Source of the DNA: Dehalococcoidia bacterium
Lineage (GTDB): Bacteria; Chloroflexota; Dehalococcoidia; UBA2979
Reading direction: 5' to 3'
Assembly (NCBI GenBank): GCA_964291495.2
Contig: OZ219872.1
Coordinates: 448,001 to 512,000, forward strand
Length of the DNA stretch: 64,000 bases
Shown here: one piece after another, positions 1 to 13,426 of the stretch
How positions within the stretch are numbered: the first letter of the stretch is position 1
Layout: each line of letters opens with the position of its first letter
Notes under the pieces: model-generated
Told to the model about the DNA's origin: nothing
The model's database searches: none
The model's input: the letters and a program-made list of their open reading frames with translations, nothing else
Translations under genes and position numbers: made by a program

Positions 1-1236
1 CCGACCGCTCCCCCCGAGGGGGCAGCGATCCCCTGGCTTCGGCACCATGCTTGAGCCCCGTTACATTGTCGGCGCCCGATCACTCGACCAGTGAGCTGTT
101 ACGCACTCTTTCAATGATGGCTGCTTCTGGGCCAACATCCTGGCTGTCTTTGCGATCGGACATCCTTTCACACTAAGCATGGATTTAGGGGCCTTAGCCG
201 AGGGTCTGGGCTGTTTCCCTTTCGACAACGAAGCTTAGCCCCCGCTGTCTCACTCCCGTATTCTTATGCACTGGCATTCGCGGTTTGGATGGGTTTGGTA
301 AGCGGTAAGCCCCCTAGCCCAACCAGAGCCCTACCTCCAGTGCACATCACACGAGGCTGCGCCTAAACGCATTTCGGGGAGAACCAGCTATCTCCTGGTT
401 CGATTAGCATTTCACCCCTACCCACAGGTCATCCAACCACTTTGCAACGTAGGAAGGTTCGCGCCTCCACGAGGTCTTACCCTCGCTTCACGCTGCCCAT
501 GGGTAGCTCACCAGGTTTCGGGTCTGCATCCCGCGACTGTGGACGCCCTGTTCAGACTCGCTTTCGCTCCGGCTCCGCGACTCCCGTCGCTTAACCTTGC
601 CACGGAACGCAACTCGTCGGCTCATTCTTCAATAGGCACGCCGTCACCCGGCTTGCGCCAGGCTCCGACTGCTTGTAGGCACACGGTTTCAGGGACTGTT
701 TCACTCCCCTCCCGGGGTGCTTTTCACCTTTCCCTCACGGTACTGGTTCGCTATCGGTCGTCACGGGTATTTAGCCTTGGGAAGTGGTCTCCCCGGATTC
801 CCACGGGATTTCTCGTGTCCCGTGGTACTCAGGATCCCGGCGGGAGCCGCACGAATTTCGCCTACGGGGCTCTCACCCCCTCCGGCGGACCGTTCCAGGT
901 CCTTCGGCTATCCGTGCCGGCGCTCCCGTGTCGCCGGTCCTGCAACCCCGCCCCCACAAGTGGGAACGGTTTGGGCTGCTCCCCGTTCGCTCGCCGCTAC
1001 TAGGGGAATTGTTTCTTCTCCTCGAGGTACTGAGATGTTTCAGTTCCCCCGGTTCCCTCGATCCGGCCTATGTGTTCAGCCGGTCGTGACCCGCCATCAC
1101 GCGGGCCGGGTTGCCCCATTCGGAAATCCCCGGTTCAGCTTGCTAGACAGCTCGCCGAGGCTTTTCGCAGTCTTGCCACGTCCTTCATCGGCCCGTGACG
1201 CCAAGGCATCCACCGTGCGCCCTTTGTAGCTTGACC
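1..1236 (-). rRNA. rrl: 23S rRNA, 5' portion (continues beyond the left edge)
   Basis: Reverse complement begins GGTCAAGCTACAAAGGGCGCACGGTGGATGCCTTGGC, the canonical 23S 5' end. Conserved 23S motifs include CCGATAGCGAACCAGTACCGTGAGGGAAAGG. The 5' boundary is approximate. Confidence 0.97.
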
Positions 1237-1457
1237 CTTCATCAGGCACTCTCCGCGTTCCGCCCGCGCCGCCTCCCACGGCCCCGAGGGGCCATGACGG
1301 CAGCGCAGGCAAACGCCGTTCGTGTTGCCTTTGCTCTTGTCACGTTCATCTTCCGTTGGAAATGCGCCTGCAGGGCCAGAGCCCCGCGTCCAACGCCGCG
1401 AGCGCGGCGTGGTCGCCAATGTTCGGCAGTCCGGTCTGGCAATCCAGGGAGCGGGTT

Positions 1458-1533
1458 TGGTGGAGCCGGGGGGACTCGAACCCCCGACTTCCGCCTTGCA
1501 AAGGCGGCGCTCTCCCAGCTGAGCTACGGCCCC
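1458..1533 (-). tRNA. tRNA-Ala(TGC)
   Basis: GGGGCCGTAGCTCAGCTGGGAGAGCGCCGCCT-TTGCAA-GGCGGAAGTCGGGGGTTCGAGTCCCCCCGGCTCCACCA; G3:U70 pair, encoded CCA, typical ITS position. Confidence 0.97.
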
Positions 1534-1578
1534 CCTCGCACCGCTAACGGCGCGCCGGGCAGGCGCACCGGCGAGCGC

Positions 1579-1655
1579 TGGTGGGCCATCCTGGATTCGA
1601 ACCAGGGACCTCAGTCTTATCAGGACTGCGCTCTAACCAGCTGAGCTAATGGCCC
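1579..1655 (-). tRNA. tRNA-Ile(GAT)
   Basis: GGGCCATTAGCTCAGCTGGTTAGAGCGCAGTC-CTGATAA-GACTGAGGTCCCTGGTTCGAATCCAGGATGGCCCACCA; located in the 16S-23S spacer. Confidence 0.97.
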
Positions 1656-1715
1656 CCGAGTGCATCGCGGGGCGGCGCCCCATCCGCTCCGGGGCCGGCG
1701 CGCGGCCGGCCCCGC

Positions 1716-1748
1716 GGACATCTACCGCTGGATAGCAGCCGGAAGCAG
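1716..1748 (-). other. 3' arm of the 16S pre-rRNA processing stem
   Basis: In the transcript this segment (CUGCUUCCGGCUGCUAUCCAGCGGUAGAUGUCC) is complementary to the leader at 3561-3593 (GGACAUUUACAUCUGGAUAGCAGUCAGAAGCAG). Together they form the long duplex that brackets 16S. Confidence 0.75.
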
Positions 1749-1931
1749 CGCGCCGGATTCGTCCGCGCGGTGCGCGTACCCGGCTTGCCGCCGGCGAGGC
1801 GCGCACGCCTCGCGGCCGCCGCCGTGGGGCGAACCCCGAAGCGGCGTGCGACAACGCCGATCGACCCTGGAGCTCCTGACCGGGCCGGGCCGCACACCGT
1901 GCGACGCGGACTGATCCGGTTCGTGCTCCCT

Positions 1932-3418
<1,487 letters not shown>

Positions 3419-3560
3419 ATACCCGGCCGTCTCCAGAGCGGCGAACCGCGCCTTCGACAACCGTGAGTGCCGTACTTTTCCCTGCGCACCAGCAAGCGCC
3501 CGACGGCCACGAGGGCGCGCCGAAACCGGCCAGCGCACAGGATTGACGGGAATCCTGTTT

Positions 3561-3593
3561 CTGCTTCTGACTGCTATCCAGATGTAAATGTCC
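3561..3593 (-). other. 5' (leader) arm of the 16S pre-rRNA processing stem
   Basis: Complementary to the ITS segment 1716-1748. Confidence 0.75.
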
Positions 3594-3622
3594 GACGCGC
3601 TCCCCGCGGGAGGCGTCCGAAG

Positions 3623-3650
3623 AGGATAGCACGATCCGCCCGAGGGGCAA
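3623..3650 (-). promoter_or_regulatory. Putative sigma70-type rrn promoter
   Basis: TTGCCC-N16-TATCCT with an extended TGn element, just upstream of the rRNA leader. Confidence 0.55.
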
Positions 3651-3663
3651 CAGCGTTCGGCCC

Positions 3664-4746
3664 TCAGCCGGCGCCCGTCCCGCGCCGCCGGAGGCGCAGC
3701 TCCGCCTCCTCCGTCCACGCCTCGCCTCCCGCGAGGTCCAGCCGCGCTCCGCGCCGCCCGGCGATGCGCAGCAGCGCCTCCAGCTGTTCCGAGGTCAGCG
3801 CCAGACCCAGCTGCGCAGCCGCGCCGCGCAGCACCCGCGCCGCCACCGCCTCCGGCAGCCCGCACAGCTCCCCGCGCTCGATGCCCGCGCCTGCATCGTC
3901 GATCCGCACAAGCCGTGCACTCTCGGCGGCGGCCCAGACTTCGAGCGCGGCGTCGTCGCGGCGAGCGCGGCGGGCGAAGCCGGCCAGCGCCTCGGCGGCG
4001 CGCGGATTCAGCCGCCGCAGCTCCGGCAGCACGCGGCGCCGCACGCGGTTGCGGTCGAAGATCAGCGTCTCGTTGCCCGGATCGCTGCGCGGCGCGAGGC
4101 CCTGTTCCGCCAGCCCGAGCGCATCGAGGTAGCCGACCACCTCGGCGCGGCGCACGTCGATCAAGGGTCGCAGCAGCCGCGGCGCGTCCGCCTCGCCCTC
4201 GAGCGGCACGGGCCACGGCGCGTCGGGCGCCATGCCCGAGGCGCCGGCGAGGCCGGCGCCTCGCGTCAGCCGCAGCAGCACCGTCTCCGCCTGGTCGTCC
4301 AGCGTGTGGCCGGTCACGCAGGCCGCGGCGCCGATCTCCAGCGCGGCCGCGCCCAGCCAGCGGTAGCGCGCCCGCCGCGCCGCGTCCTCCGAGGCCTCTA
4401 TCGGCGCCTCCGGCGCGCCGGCCAGGCAGCGCACGCCGATCGCGGCGGCCAGCGCCTCGACGGCGGCGCGGTCCGCCCGTGTTTCCGGGGGAGGCCGCAG
4501 GCCGTGGTCGAACGTCGCGGCCAGCACCTCGCCGCCGGACGCCGCCTGCCTCGCGCGCGCGACGGCGACGAGCGCGGCGCTGGAGTCAGGCCCGCCCGAG
4601 CAGGCTACGAGCAAGGGCCGGGAGTCCCCGGCGACAGCGCCGAGGGCGCGCCCCGCGCGCCGCTCGAACGAGCCGGTCGCGCGATTGCGCGCGAGCGGCT
4701 CGGCGCGCGAGTCGGGGAGCGGCCGCAGCGGATCGAAGGCGGTCAT
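3664..4746 (-). CDS. tilS: tRNA(Ile)-lysidine synthetase
   Basis: PP-loop SGGPDS, DHGLR, ARRARY, GHTLDDQAETVLLRLTRG, RPL, DPGN..RNRVR motifs. Confidence 0.93.
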   Translation of the reverse strand: MTAFDPLRPLPDSRAEPLARNRATGSFERRAGRALGAVAGDSRPLLVACSGGPDSSAALVAVARARQAASGGEVLAATFDHGLRPPPETRADRAAVEALAAAIGVRCLAGAPEAPIEASEDAARRARYRWLGAAALEIGAAACVTGHTLDDQAETVLLRLTRGAGLAGASGMAPDAPWPVPLEGEADAPRLLRPLIDVRRAEVVGYLDALGLAEQGLAPRSDPGNETLIFDRNRVRRRVLPELRRLNPRAAEALAGFARRARRDDAALEVWAAAESARLVRIDDAGAGIERGELCGLPEAVAARVLRGAAAQLGLALTSEQLEALLRIAGRRGARLDLAGGEAWTEEAELRLRRRGTGAG

Positions 4747-4810
4747 GCGGTCAGAGTAGCGCCCTCGCGCGCGTTCGGGGCGCCCGGGCGGCGGCCCCGG
4801 TCACATCGCG

Positions 4811-5176
4811 CTAGCGATCGAACAGCACTTCCCACCAGCGCTCGCCCGGCTGGCGTCCCGATTCCTCCGGGGGCGGTGCGTCGACCACGACCTCCGTCTC
4901 GCCGGGGTAGACGAGGCCGAACTCGCTGCGCGCGACGGCCTCGACGTACTCGTCGGAGAGGAGGTACTCGCGCAGTCCTTCGAGCTCGGCCTGGCGCGTG
5001 CGCAGCTCGTGGATCTCGGCCTCGACGGCGCGGCGCTCGTCGGCCAGGCGGAAGTTCTGCGCGGCGGTCTGGAAGGCAGCGTAGCCGAACAGCGCGAGCA
5101 GCAGCGCCACCATGGGGAACACGACGTGTAACGGGCCGAAGGCGAGCAGCCGCGGCCTGGGGAGATGGAACCGCAT
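4811..5176 (-). CDS. ftsB: Septum formation initiator (FtsB/DivIC family)
   Basis: 121 aa: single TM helix, coiled coil, then the signature EYVEAVARSEFGLVYPGE. Confidence 0.8.
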   Translation of the reverse strand: MRFHLPRPRLLAFGPLHVVFPMVALLLALFGYAAFQTAAQNFRLADERRAVEAEIHELRTRQAELEGLREYLLSDEYVEAVARSEFGLVYPGETEVVVDAPPPEESGRQPGERWWEVLFDR

Positions 5177-5263
5177 TGCGCCCCTCGAGCGCCGGCCCCG
5201 CCGCTACTTACCGTAACAGCCGCTTCCCCGCCCGACAATCGCCAGCGAGGGCGCTCACCGCCG

Positions 5264-5914
5264 CTACTCAGTCCCGTCCAGGTGGCAGCGATCGTTGAGG
5301 GTGACCACGGACCAGCCCGCGGGCTCGCCGTCCTCGCCCGGCCGCCGCTCGGCCACGGTCAGCGAGGCGAGGCCCAGCTCGAAGCGCCGCGCCGCCGCCA
5401 GCGGCACGCCGATCACGCGCGCGAGCAGCGCCTTCAGCGCGAGGTTGTGCGAGACGACGACGACCTCCGTGAAGCCGTCGCCCTCGCCGTGGCGCGCGGC
5501 GATCTCGTCGAGGGCGGCGAGCATCCGCTCCTGCGCCTCGCGCATCGTCTCGCCGCCGGGGAAGCGCAGGTCGGCGATGTCCTCGTCGCGCCAGCGCTCG
5601 ATGAAGTCGGCGTGCTGCTCGCGGATCTGGTCGATCGTCTGGCCGTCGAGGTCGCCGTGGTCGAGCTCGTGGAGCCGCTCGTCCACGGCCGCCTCGAGGC
5701 CGAGCGCGCGGCCGGCGACAGCTGCGGTCTCTCTCGCGCGCAGCGCGGGGCTGCAATAGAGCGCGACGGGGCGGTAGGGAGCGAAGGCGTCAGCGGCGGC
5801 CTCCGCCTGACGGCGGCCGCGCTCCGTCAGCGGGTGGTCGATGCGGCCCTGCGTCTGGCCGGCGGCGTTGCCCTCTGCCTCGGCGTGGCGCAGCAGCAGG
5901 AAGCGGACGTTCAC
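5264..5914 (-). CDS. Histidine phosphatase family protein (CobC/phosphoglycerate mutase-like)
   Basis: LLRHAE..QG..D.PLT..G..QA, SPALRARETA, E.D.G, PGGET, VVSH, NDRCHL. Confidence 0.88.
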   Translation of the reverse strand: MNVRFLLLRHAEAEGNAAGQTQGRIDHPLTERGRRQAEAAADAFAPYRPVALYCSPALRARETAAVAGRALGLEAAVDERLHELDHGDLDGQTIDQIREQHADFIERWRDEDIADLRFPGGETMREAQERMLAALDEIAARHGEGDGFTEVVVVSHNLALKALLARVIGVPLAAARRFELGLASLTVAERRPGEDGEPAGWSVVTLNDRCHLDGTE

Positions 5915-6609
5915 GGCGTCAGCCCGAGGAACGCCCGGATCACGCGGTGCTCGCGCACCTCCTCACGGCTCAGGGGCGGCGATCCGGGCTCGACGTCGTC
6001 GCCGTAGAAGCCGATGAACCAGAGCAGGAGGTTCTCGTGCCAGTAGACGAAGCCGTTGGGCGGCTCGCAGCCTTCCACCAGCGGCTCGGCGCGCTGCCCC
6101 GTCCGCCATTCGGCCTGCCTCGACTCGGTGTCCGGGTAGACCCAGAGCACCCAGACGGCGAAGCGCCCCGCCGTCGCGTCGTCCGAGACGACGAACGGCA
6201 GCCCCTCGACCGCGGCGCCCGCGCAAGCGGACGCGGGGTCGTACAGGTCCGTCAGCACCACGCCCCCCGGCGCAAGCGCATCCACGAGGTCCGAGAGGGA
6301 GTACGGGACGCCCTCGGCCGCGACCGGCGCAGGCGTCGCCGCGGCCGGCGTTGCTGTCACGGTCGGAGTCTGCATGGCTGCCGGCGTTGGAGTCGGGGTC
6401 GGTGTTGCGGTTGGCGTCGTGGCGGGCGTGGGCGTTGCGGTTGCGGTCCGTGCTGGAGTCGTCGTGACCGTGCCCGTTGCCGCCGCCGTCGGCGTCGCCC
6501 CACCGTCCCCGCCGTCCTCGCCATCCCCGCCGCCGCAGCGGAGCGTGACCACAGCGGCCACCACGACGACGAGCAGCACGAGGAAGGCGACGCGAGATGC
6601 AGCGATCAC
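5911..6609 (-). CDS. Membrane-anchored or secreted hypothetical protein with Thr/Pro-rich linker
   Basis: Hydrophobic N-terminus followed by Cys-Gly4, a long (TP/TA)n stalk and a small globular domain with two Cys. Overlaps both neighbours by 4 nt. Confidence 0.7.
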   Translation of the reverse strand: MIAASRVAFLVLLVVVVAAVVTLRCGGGDGEDGGDGGATPTAAATGTVTTTPARTATATPTPATTPTATPTPTPTPAAMQTPTVTATPAAATPAPVAAEGVPYSLSDLVDALAPGGVVLTDLYDPASACAGAAVEGLPFVVSDDATAGRFAVWVLWVYPDTESRQAEWRTGQRAEPLVEGCEPPNGFVYWHENLLLWFIGFYGDDVEPGSPPLSREEVREHRVIRAFLGLTP

Positions 6610-7301
6610 GCCCGGCGCTCCCCTGTGCTGGCGAGCGCTGGCTCCCCCAGTCGCAGCGCGGTGCGCACGACGCTGGCCGGGCGCGCCTCGACCTCCAGCG
6701 CCGCGAGCACCGAGGCCGGGCGGCCGGTGCGCTGCTCGTTCAACTCCAGGTCCATTGCCAGCAGCAGCCTCTCCCCCTCATCGCGCAGCGCGAGGTCACG
6801 GATCGCCGCCCGCAGGTCGTAGCGCCGCGTCTTCGCGCCGCGCTGCTCCTCCCAGTCGAGCGTGTCGAGGGCGAGCAACGCATCGAGGCGTCTCCCGACC
6901 TCGCCGACATCGAGGACGCCAGCCTCGAAGGCGACCTCGTAGGTCGCGCTACGGATCTGCGACTGGAGCGAGGGCAGTTCGTGAGCCGCCTCCTCGGCGG
7001 CGAGCAGCGTCAGGCCGTCCGGCAACGCCGCCTGGAGGCGGCGCACGAACTCCTCGGGGGCGACGGGGGGCGACAGCCAGACGTCGAGCAACTCGCGCTC
7101 GCCGACGGTGCCGACGGGCAGTGGCGCGCCGAGGGCGATCCGCGCGTGGGGTGTGAAGCCCTGCGTGTAGGCGAGCGGCAGCCGCGCGCGGCGCAGGCTG
7201 CGCTCCCAGGTGCGCATCAGGTCCAGGTGCGCGATGTAGCGCAGCGTGTCCGCCTTGCGGTACGTCACGCGCAATCGCTGCGGTCGTTCGTCCTGGCTCA
7301 T
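6606..7301 (-). CDS. Radical SAM-linked protein (TIGR03936/DUF2344 family)
   Basis: LRYIAHLDLMRTWERSLRRARLPLAYTQGFTPH..I.LGAPLPVG..GERE family signature. Confidence 0.88.
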   Translation of the reverse strand: MSQDERPQRLRVTYRKADTLRYIAHLDLMRTWERSLRRARLPLAYTQGFTPHARIALGAPLPVGTVGERELLDVWLSPPVAPEEFVRRLQAALPDGLTLLAAEEAAHELPSLQSQIRSATYEVAFEAGVLDVGEVGRRLDALLALDTLDWEEQRGAKTRRYDLRAAIRDLALRDEGERLLLAMDLELNEQRTGRPASVLAALEVEARPASVVRTALRLGEPALASTGERRA

Positions 7302-7320
7302 CGCCCTTCGAGTGTAGCCG

Positions 7321-8286
7321 TCAGTCGCGCTCGCGCGCCCAGCCGGCCTTCACGGCCTGCAGCAGCGCGGCGGCTGCTGCGCGCGGGTCGCGGCGGCGCG
7401 CGGCCACCTCATCGACCAGCGCCTCGAGGACACCCGCGCGGCGCGCGGCCTCGAGGGCCTCGCGGTGCAGCGCGGCGCGGGCGAGAGAGATCACCTGAGC
7501 GCGCGCCAGGTCGCGGCGCGCCTCCTCGGCGTGCTCCGAACCACGCAGGTACTCCTGGTGGTCGTCGATCGCCTCGACCAGCTCCTCGACGCCCTCGCCG
7601 GACCGCGCCACTGCCTTGAGGATCGGCGGCTTCCAGGCCCGTTCGCCGGCGATGGCGAGCAGCGCCCGCAGCTGCGTCGCGGCGGTGTCGGCGCCGGCGA
7701 GGTCGGCCTTGTTGACGACCATCACCTGCGCGACCTCCATCAGCCCCGCCTTCAGCGACTGCACCTCGTCGCCGCCTGCCGGCATCGTGACCAGCACTGT
7801 CGTCTGCGTCGCCGTCGCGATCTCGACCTCGTCCTGCCCCGCGCCGACGGTTTCGACGATCACCACGTCGTAGCCGGCCGCGTCCATCACGTCGACGACG
7901 CCGGAGGCGGTCTCGGCGAGGCCGCCGAGGTTGCCGCGGGACGCCATCGATCGCATGAACACGCCAGGGTCCGAGGTCAGGTCCTGCATGCGAATGCGAT
8001 CGCCGAGGATCGCGCCGTGCGAGAACGGCGACGAGGGATCGACGGCGACGATGCCGACGCTGCGCCCGCGCTCGCGCTGCGCTCGCGCAAGCCGCCCGAC
8101 CAGCGTCGACTTGCCGACGCCGGCGGAGCCCGTGACGCCCACCGTGCGGGCGCTGCCGGTCCGTGGGTAGAGGCCCGCGAGGACGGCGCGGCCTGTCTCC
8201 GTATCGGCTTCGACGTGCGTGATGGCGCGGGCAAGCGCGCGCCGGTCACCGCTGCCGACGCCCGCGATCAGCTCGGCTGCGTCCAC
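7321..8286 (-). CDS. meaB: Methylmalonyl-CoA mutase-associated GTPase MeaB
   Basis: GDRRALARAIT, P-loop GSAGVGKST, AVDPSSPFSHGAILGDRIRM, ETVGAGQDE, NKAD. Confidence 0.95.
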   Translation of the reverse strand: MDAAELIAGVGSGDRRALARAITHVEADTETGRAVLAGLYPRTGSARTVGVTGSAGVGKSTLVGRLARAQRERGRSVGIVAVDPSSPFSHGAILGDRIRMQDLTSDPGVFMRSMASRGNLGGLAETASGVVDVMDAAGYDVVIVETVGAGQDEVEIATATQTTVLVTMPAGGDEVQSLKAGLMEVAQVMVVNKADLAGADTAATQLRALLAIAGERAWKPPILKAVARSGEGVEELVEAIDDHQEYLRGSEHAEEARRDLARAQVISLARAALHREALEAARRAGVLEALVDEVAARRRDPRAAAAALLQAVKAGWARERD

Positions 8287-8292
8287 CCGGGC

Positions 8293-8703
8293 TCAGGCGG
8301 TGGGGCTCGCCGCGTGATCGCGGACGAACTCGATGATCGCCTCGGTGTTGGTGCCGGGACCGAAGACACCCGTGAAGCCCATCTCCTGCACCGTGGCGAC
8401 GTCGGCCTCGGGGATGATCCCGCCGCAGAACAGCAGGACGTCGTCCACGCCGCGCTCGACGAGCGCGCTCACGACGCGGGGGAACAGCTCGAGGTGCGCG
8501 CCGGAGAGGATCGAGAGGCCGACGACCTGCACGTCCTCCTGCAGAGCGGCCTCGGCGATCATCTCGGGCGTCTGGCGGATGCCGGTGTAGATCACTTCCA
8601 TGCCGGCGTCGCGCAGGGCGCGCGCCACCACCTTGGCGCCGCGGTCGTGCCCGTCGAGGCCGGGCTTTGCGATCAGGACGCGGATCGCCTGCTCGTCAGT
8701 CAT
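8293..8703 (-). CDS. Methylmalonyl-CoA mutase, stand-alone B12-binding subunit
   Basis: [13 protein letters not shown] (DxHxxG), SILSGAH, GGIIP. Confidence 0.95.
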   Translation of the reverse strand: MTDEQAIRVLIAKPGLDGHDRGAKVVARALRDAGMEVIYTGIRQTPEMIAEAALQEDVQVVGLSILSGAHLELFPRVVSALVERGVDDVLLFCGGIIPEADVATVQEMGFTGVFGPGTNTEAIIEFVRDHAASPTA

Positions 8704-8787
8704 GGGGAGTCTCCTGGCCAGCCGTTGTTGCGTTCCTGCCTGCAGAGTGTACCAAGCGGGCCGGGCCGCGCTCAGCCCGTGGCCCGG

Positions 8788-9597
8788 TCAGCCAACGTAT
8801 TCGAGCAGCTGGATGCGGATGCCGAAGGCCTGATCGGCGCTGATCTCCGAGCGCCGGGTTCCCGGCAGCACGCCCACCACCGCGTCCGGCACGTTCAGCC
8901 CGGCCGCCCGGTAGCGGGCGATCTCCGCATCGAGATCGGGGACCTCGATCGCGGTCATCGGCGACGCGCCCTCGCGCAGATCGCCGCTCGCCAGCGGCGA
9001 GTCCGGCCCGTCCGGCGCGAGCAGCTCGATCATGCACTGCCCGATCGGGAACTGCCCGATCAGCATCCCCGACTCCTCGATGTGGAGTTGCGCGTGCTCC
9101 TCGAGGCCGGCGACCTCGCCCCAGCGCTGCTTCGCCGCCTCGTAGTCCGCGACGCGGCAGGCGAGGTGATCGAAGCCCTTCTCGGGCGAGGCGTGGCGGT
9201 CGGGGACCTCGGCGAACTCGAGCAGCACGCCGTGCATCGAGCGCGGGTGGATGAAGGCGATCTTGCCGGCAAGGCCGTAGCGCCACTCCTCGTCAATCAG
9301 CTCGACGCCGAGCGCCCGGACGCGGTCCAGTTCGGCGGCGATGTCGTCCGTGCGCAGGCAGATGTGGTGCAGGGTCGGGCCGCGGCTCTCGAGGAAGCGC
9401 GCGACGCCCGTGTCGTCGCGGACGGGCTCCAGCAGCTCGAACTCGTTCTCGCCGCAGGACAGCAGCACGCCGCGTACGCCCTGATCGTCGAGGATCTCGT
9501 CCGCCGCGACGGTCAGGCCCATGATGTCGCGGTAGAAACCGAGCGCCTCATCGGCGTCCGGCAGGACGATCCCGACGTGATGGAGCAGGTCGATCAA
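8788..9597 (-). CDS. mce: Methylmalonyl-CoA epimerase-like VOC protein, double length
   Basis: HHVGI..QGV..ELLEP..FLESRG..LHHIC..AFIHP.SMHGVLLE epimerase domain plus a second VOC module. Start placed at the TTG overlapping the upstream TGA. Confidence 0.8.
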   Translation of the reverse strand: MIDLLHHVGIVLPDADEALGFYRDIMGLTVAADEILDDQGVRGVLLSCGENEFELLEPVRDDTGVARFLESRGPTLHHICLRTDDIAAELDRVRALGVELIDEEWRYGLAGKIAFIHPRSMHGVLLEFAEVPDRHASPEKGFDHLACRVADYEAAKQRWGEVAGLEEHAQLHIEESGMLIGQFPIGQCMIELLAPDGPDSPLASGDLREGASPMTAIEVPDLDAEIARYRAAGLNVPDAVVGVLPGTRRSEISADQAFGIRIQLLEYVG

Positions 9598-10088
9598 ACG
9601 CCCTGCTCCCGCCGCCACGCGCGGATCGCCTCGATGTGCTCGTGGTCGTGTTCGGCGGAGTCCGCGAGGCGGTGCGGGGTGCGGCCCTCGGCGTAGCGCT
9701 CCGGCTCGAGCGCGCGCAGGCCGCGAATCGCCTCGTCGTGTTCCTCGCGGGCGGCGCGGAGCCGGGCCATCACGGCCTCCCAGGACTGGCCGCGCATCTC
9801 CGCGACCGACGCCGCGTTATAGGCGTCGTCGGCCGCGTCCGGGTCGTCGCGGTTCGGCTCGTAACCAGGCACCGCGGGCCGTTCGCCGGAGGTGACCGCC
9901 CGCAGTGCGTGGCTCCAGCCCTCCTGCCAGCGGGCGAGGTGCGCGAGCACGTCCTGCACGGACCACTGCTGCGGGCCGTACCAGCCCTCGGTCCGCCGCT
10001 CGGCGGGCAGCGCGTCGATCGCGTCCAGCAGATCGGCGCGCGCCTGCGCGTTGCCCTCGATGATCGCGTCGACGGCGTCAGCCATCAC
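9594..10088 (-). CDS. DinB-like four-helix-bundle protein
   Basis: WSVQDVLAHLARW ... HDHEHIEAI (His metal triad of the DinB superfamily). Confidence 0.8.
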   Translation of the reverse strand: MMADAVDAIIEGNAQARADLLDAIDALPAERRTEGWYGPQQWSVQDVLAHLARWQEGWSHALRAVTSGERPAVPGYEPNRDDPDAADDAYNAASVAEMRGQSWEAVMARLRAAREEHDEAIRGLRALEPERYAEGRTPHRLADSAEHDHEHIEAIRAWRREQGV

Positions 10089-10097
10089 GGGCCGTCC

Positions 10098-11756
<1,659 letters not shown>

Positions 11757-11842
11757 GCGCTCCTCCGCCGTTACGTCACCGCGCCGAGTGTAGCAGCCGC
11801 GCGAGTCAACGCTAGCGGCGAGGCTCGACGTGGCCGGCGGCT

Positions 11843-13402
11843 TCAGCCTGCGCGGACCCTGTCGCGCGCCTCGACGATCGCGCGGAGCTTCGCCTCGGCG
11901 ACCTCCGAGGAGGCAACGGGGTTGTCCGCGAAGGTTGCGAAGCCACAGTCCGGCGTGAGCAGGACCCGCTCCCTGCCGAACAGCTCGTTGGCGCGCGCGA
12001 TGCGCCTCCCGATCTCGCCGGGCGGCTCGACGGCGTCGACCTTCGGGTTCACCACCCCAACGGCGATGCGCTTGTCCTCGGGCAGATCGCGCAGCACGGC
12101 CAACTCGCCGGCGCGCGGCGTGGACAGCTCGAGGAACAGCGTGCCCACCGGCGCGCGCCCGAGGAAGCCGAGCAGCGGCCGGTAGTCGCCGGCTAGGGCC
12201 GCCGACTCGTCGGGCGTCCAGTTGCCGCGGCAGACGTGCAGCCCCAGCGACTCACGCGGGAGGCCGCGCACGACCTCCTCGAGCAGACCGGCAGCGAAGT
12301 CCAGCTCCGAGTCCTCATCGAGCCGCTCGCTCAGCGCCCCGCACATGAAGCTGCGCGTGGCGCCCGGACTGCCGTGGACCACCTCCATCAGGACGGGCTC
12401 GTCGAACTGCACCAGCGCGGCGCCCGAGGCAAGCAGGAAGTGCGCCTCCTCGCGCAGCACCCGCACCACGTCGCGCGCGAGGTCCTCGCGGCTCTCGTAA
12501 GGGCGCTCGGTCAGGCAGTCGAGCCACATCATGCGCGTCAGCAGATACGGGCCGGGCAGCGCGACTTTCACGGGGGGCCTCGCGAACGATGCGACGAACT
12601 CCAGCTCGTGCAGGGCCAGCGGGCGGCTGCGCCCGAGCGCGCCGTAGACCACCGGGTGCCTGACCTCGGAGGCCGGCACGTCGAGGACGCGCAGCTCCTC
12701 CTCGAACTCCGCCGGGTCGTCGACGATCGCCGTGAGGTCGCTCAGCGGGATCAGCTGGCAGTTGTCGAGGCGGCCGCCCACGAAGCTCGCGTAGTTGTCG
12801 CGCCGCTGCTCGCCGTCGGTCACGACGTCGGCCCCGGCCCGCAGCTGCGCGGCGAGGCTCAGCCGCACCGCGTCGTCCGCCGTCGCCTGGAACTCGGCCT
12901 CGCCGAGCCGGCCCTCGAGGCGGTCGTGCATGGCCCGCAGCATCCAGCGCGGCCGCGGCCAGCTGCCGACGCCCATCACCGAGAGCGGCGCGATCACCCT
13001 CGGTGCGGCCGGCTCGGGCAGCGACTCCGGGATCGTGACCGCGACGCGCAGTTGCTCGCCGATCGTGCCCACCGGGGCGTCCCGGCGCTCGGAGACCCCG
13101 GGGGCCGCGACGGCCGCCCGCGAGCGCTCGTCGAGCGGGCCCTTGGATACCAGGTAGCTGCGTCGCTCGCCGTGCTTCGTCCACGAAACGAGCTCGTTGC
13201 TCGTCAGGCGGCACCAGGCCGGAAGCTCGACCTCGACCGTCGAGTCGGTCGAGAGGATCTCCAGCAGGCCGCCGGGCTCGAGCGGGTCGATGTGGCGGCG
13301 GATCAGGAGCAGCAGGCCCCCGCCGCAGTCGAGGTCGCCGCCGTCGAAGCTGACGTCGGGGTCGTGATCGTGCCGCTCGATCGGGTCCATCGGCGGGTCC
13401 AT
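11843..13402 (-). CDS. Fusion: N-terminal TusA-like sulfur-carrier domain + cobalamin-independent methionine synthase catalytic (MetE core) domain
   Basis: N-terminus: [39 protein letters not shown] (TusA fold). C-terminus: [33 protein letters not shown], Zn ligands LHVCRGN / FLE / TPDCGF. Confidence 0.88.
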   Translation of the reverse strand: MDPPMDPIERHDHDPDVSFDGGDLDCGGGLLLLIRRHIDPLEPGGLLEILSTDSTVEVELPAWCRLTSNELVSWTKHGERRSYLVSKGPLDERSRAAVAAPGVSERRDAPVGTIGEQLRVAVTIPESLPEPAAPRVIAPLSVMGVGSWPRPRWMLRAMHDRLEGRLGEAEFQATADDAVRLSLAAQLRAGADVVTDGEQRRDNYASFVGGRLDNCQLIPLSDLTAIVDDPAEFEEELRVLDVPASEVRHPVVYGALGRSRPLALHELEFVASFARPPVKVALPGPYLLTRMMWLDCLTERPYESREDLARDVVRVLREEAHFLLASGAALVQFDEPVLMEVVHGSPGATRSFMCGALSERLDEDSELDFAAGLLEEVVRGLPRESLGLHVCRGNWTPDESAALAGDYRPLLGFLGRAPVGTLFLELSTPRAGELAVLRDLPEDKRIAVGVVNPKVDAVEPPGEIGRRIARANELFGRERVLLTPDCGFATFADNPVASSEVAEAKLRAIVEARDRVRAG

Positions 13403-13426
13403 CGATCTGCCGGTCGGCGAGCCGTT

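Noticed and set aside
11757-11842. Cobalamin or SAM riboswitch ahead of the mutase or MetE-like genes; TTGACT-N11-TACACT as a novel promoter spacing
   Set aside because: The intergenic gaps are too short and lack B12-box or S-box motifs. The 11-nt spacing is a single instance, and the TGn-extended -10 explains the promoter on its own.
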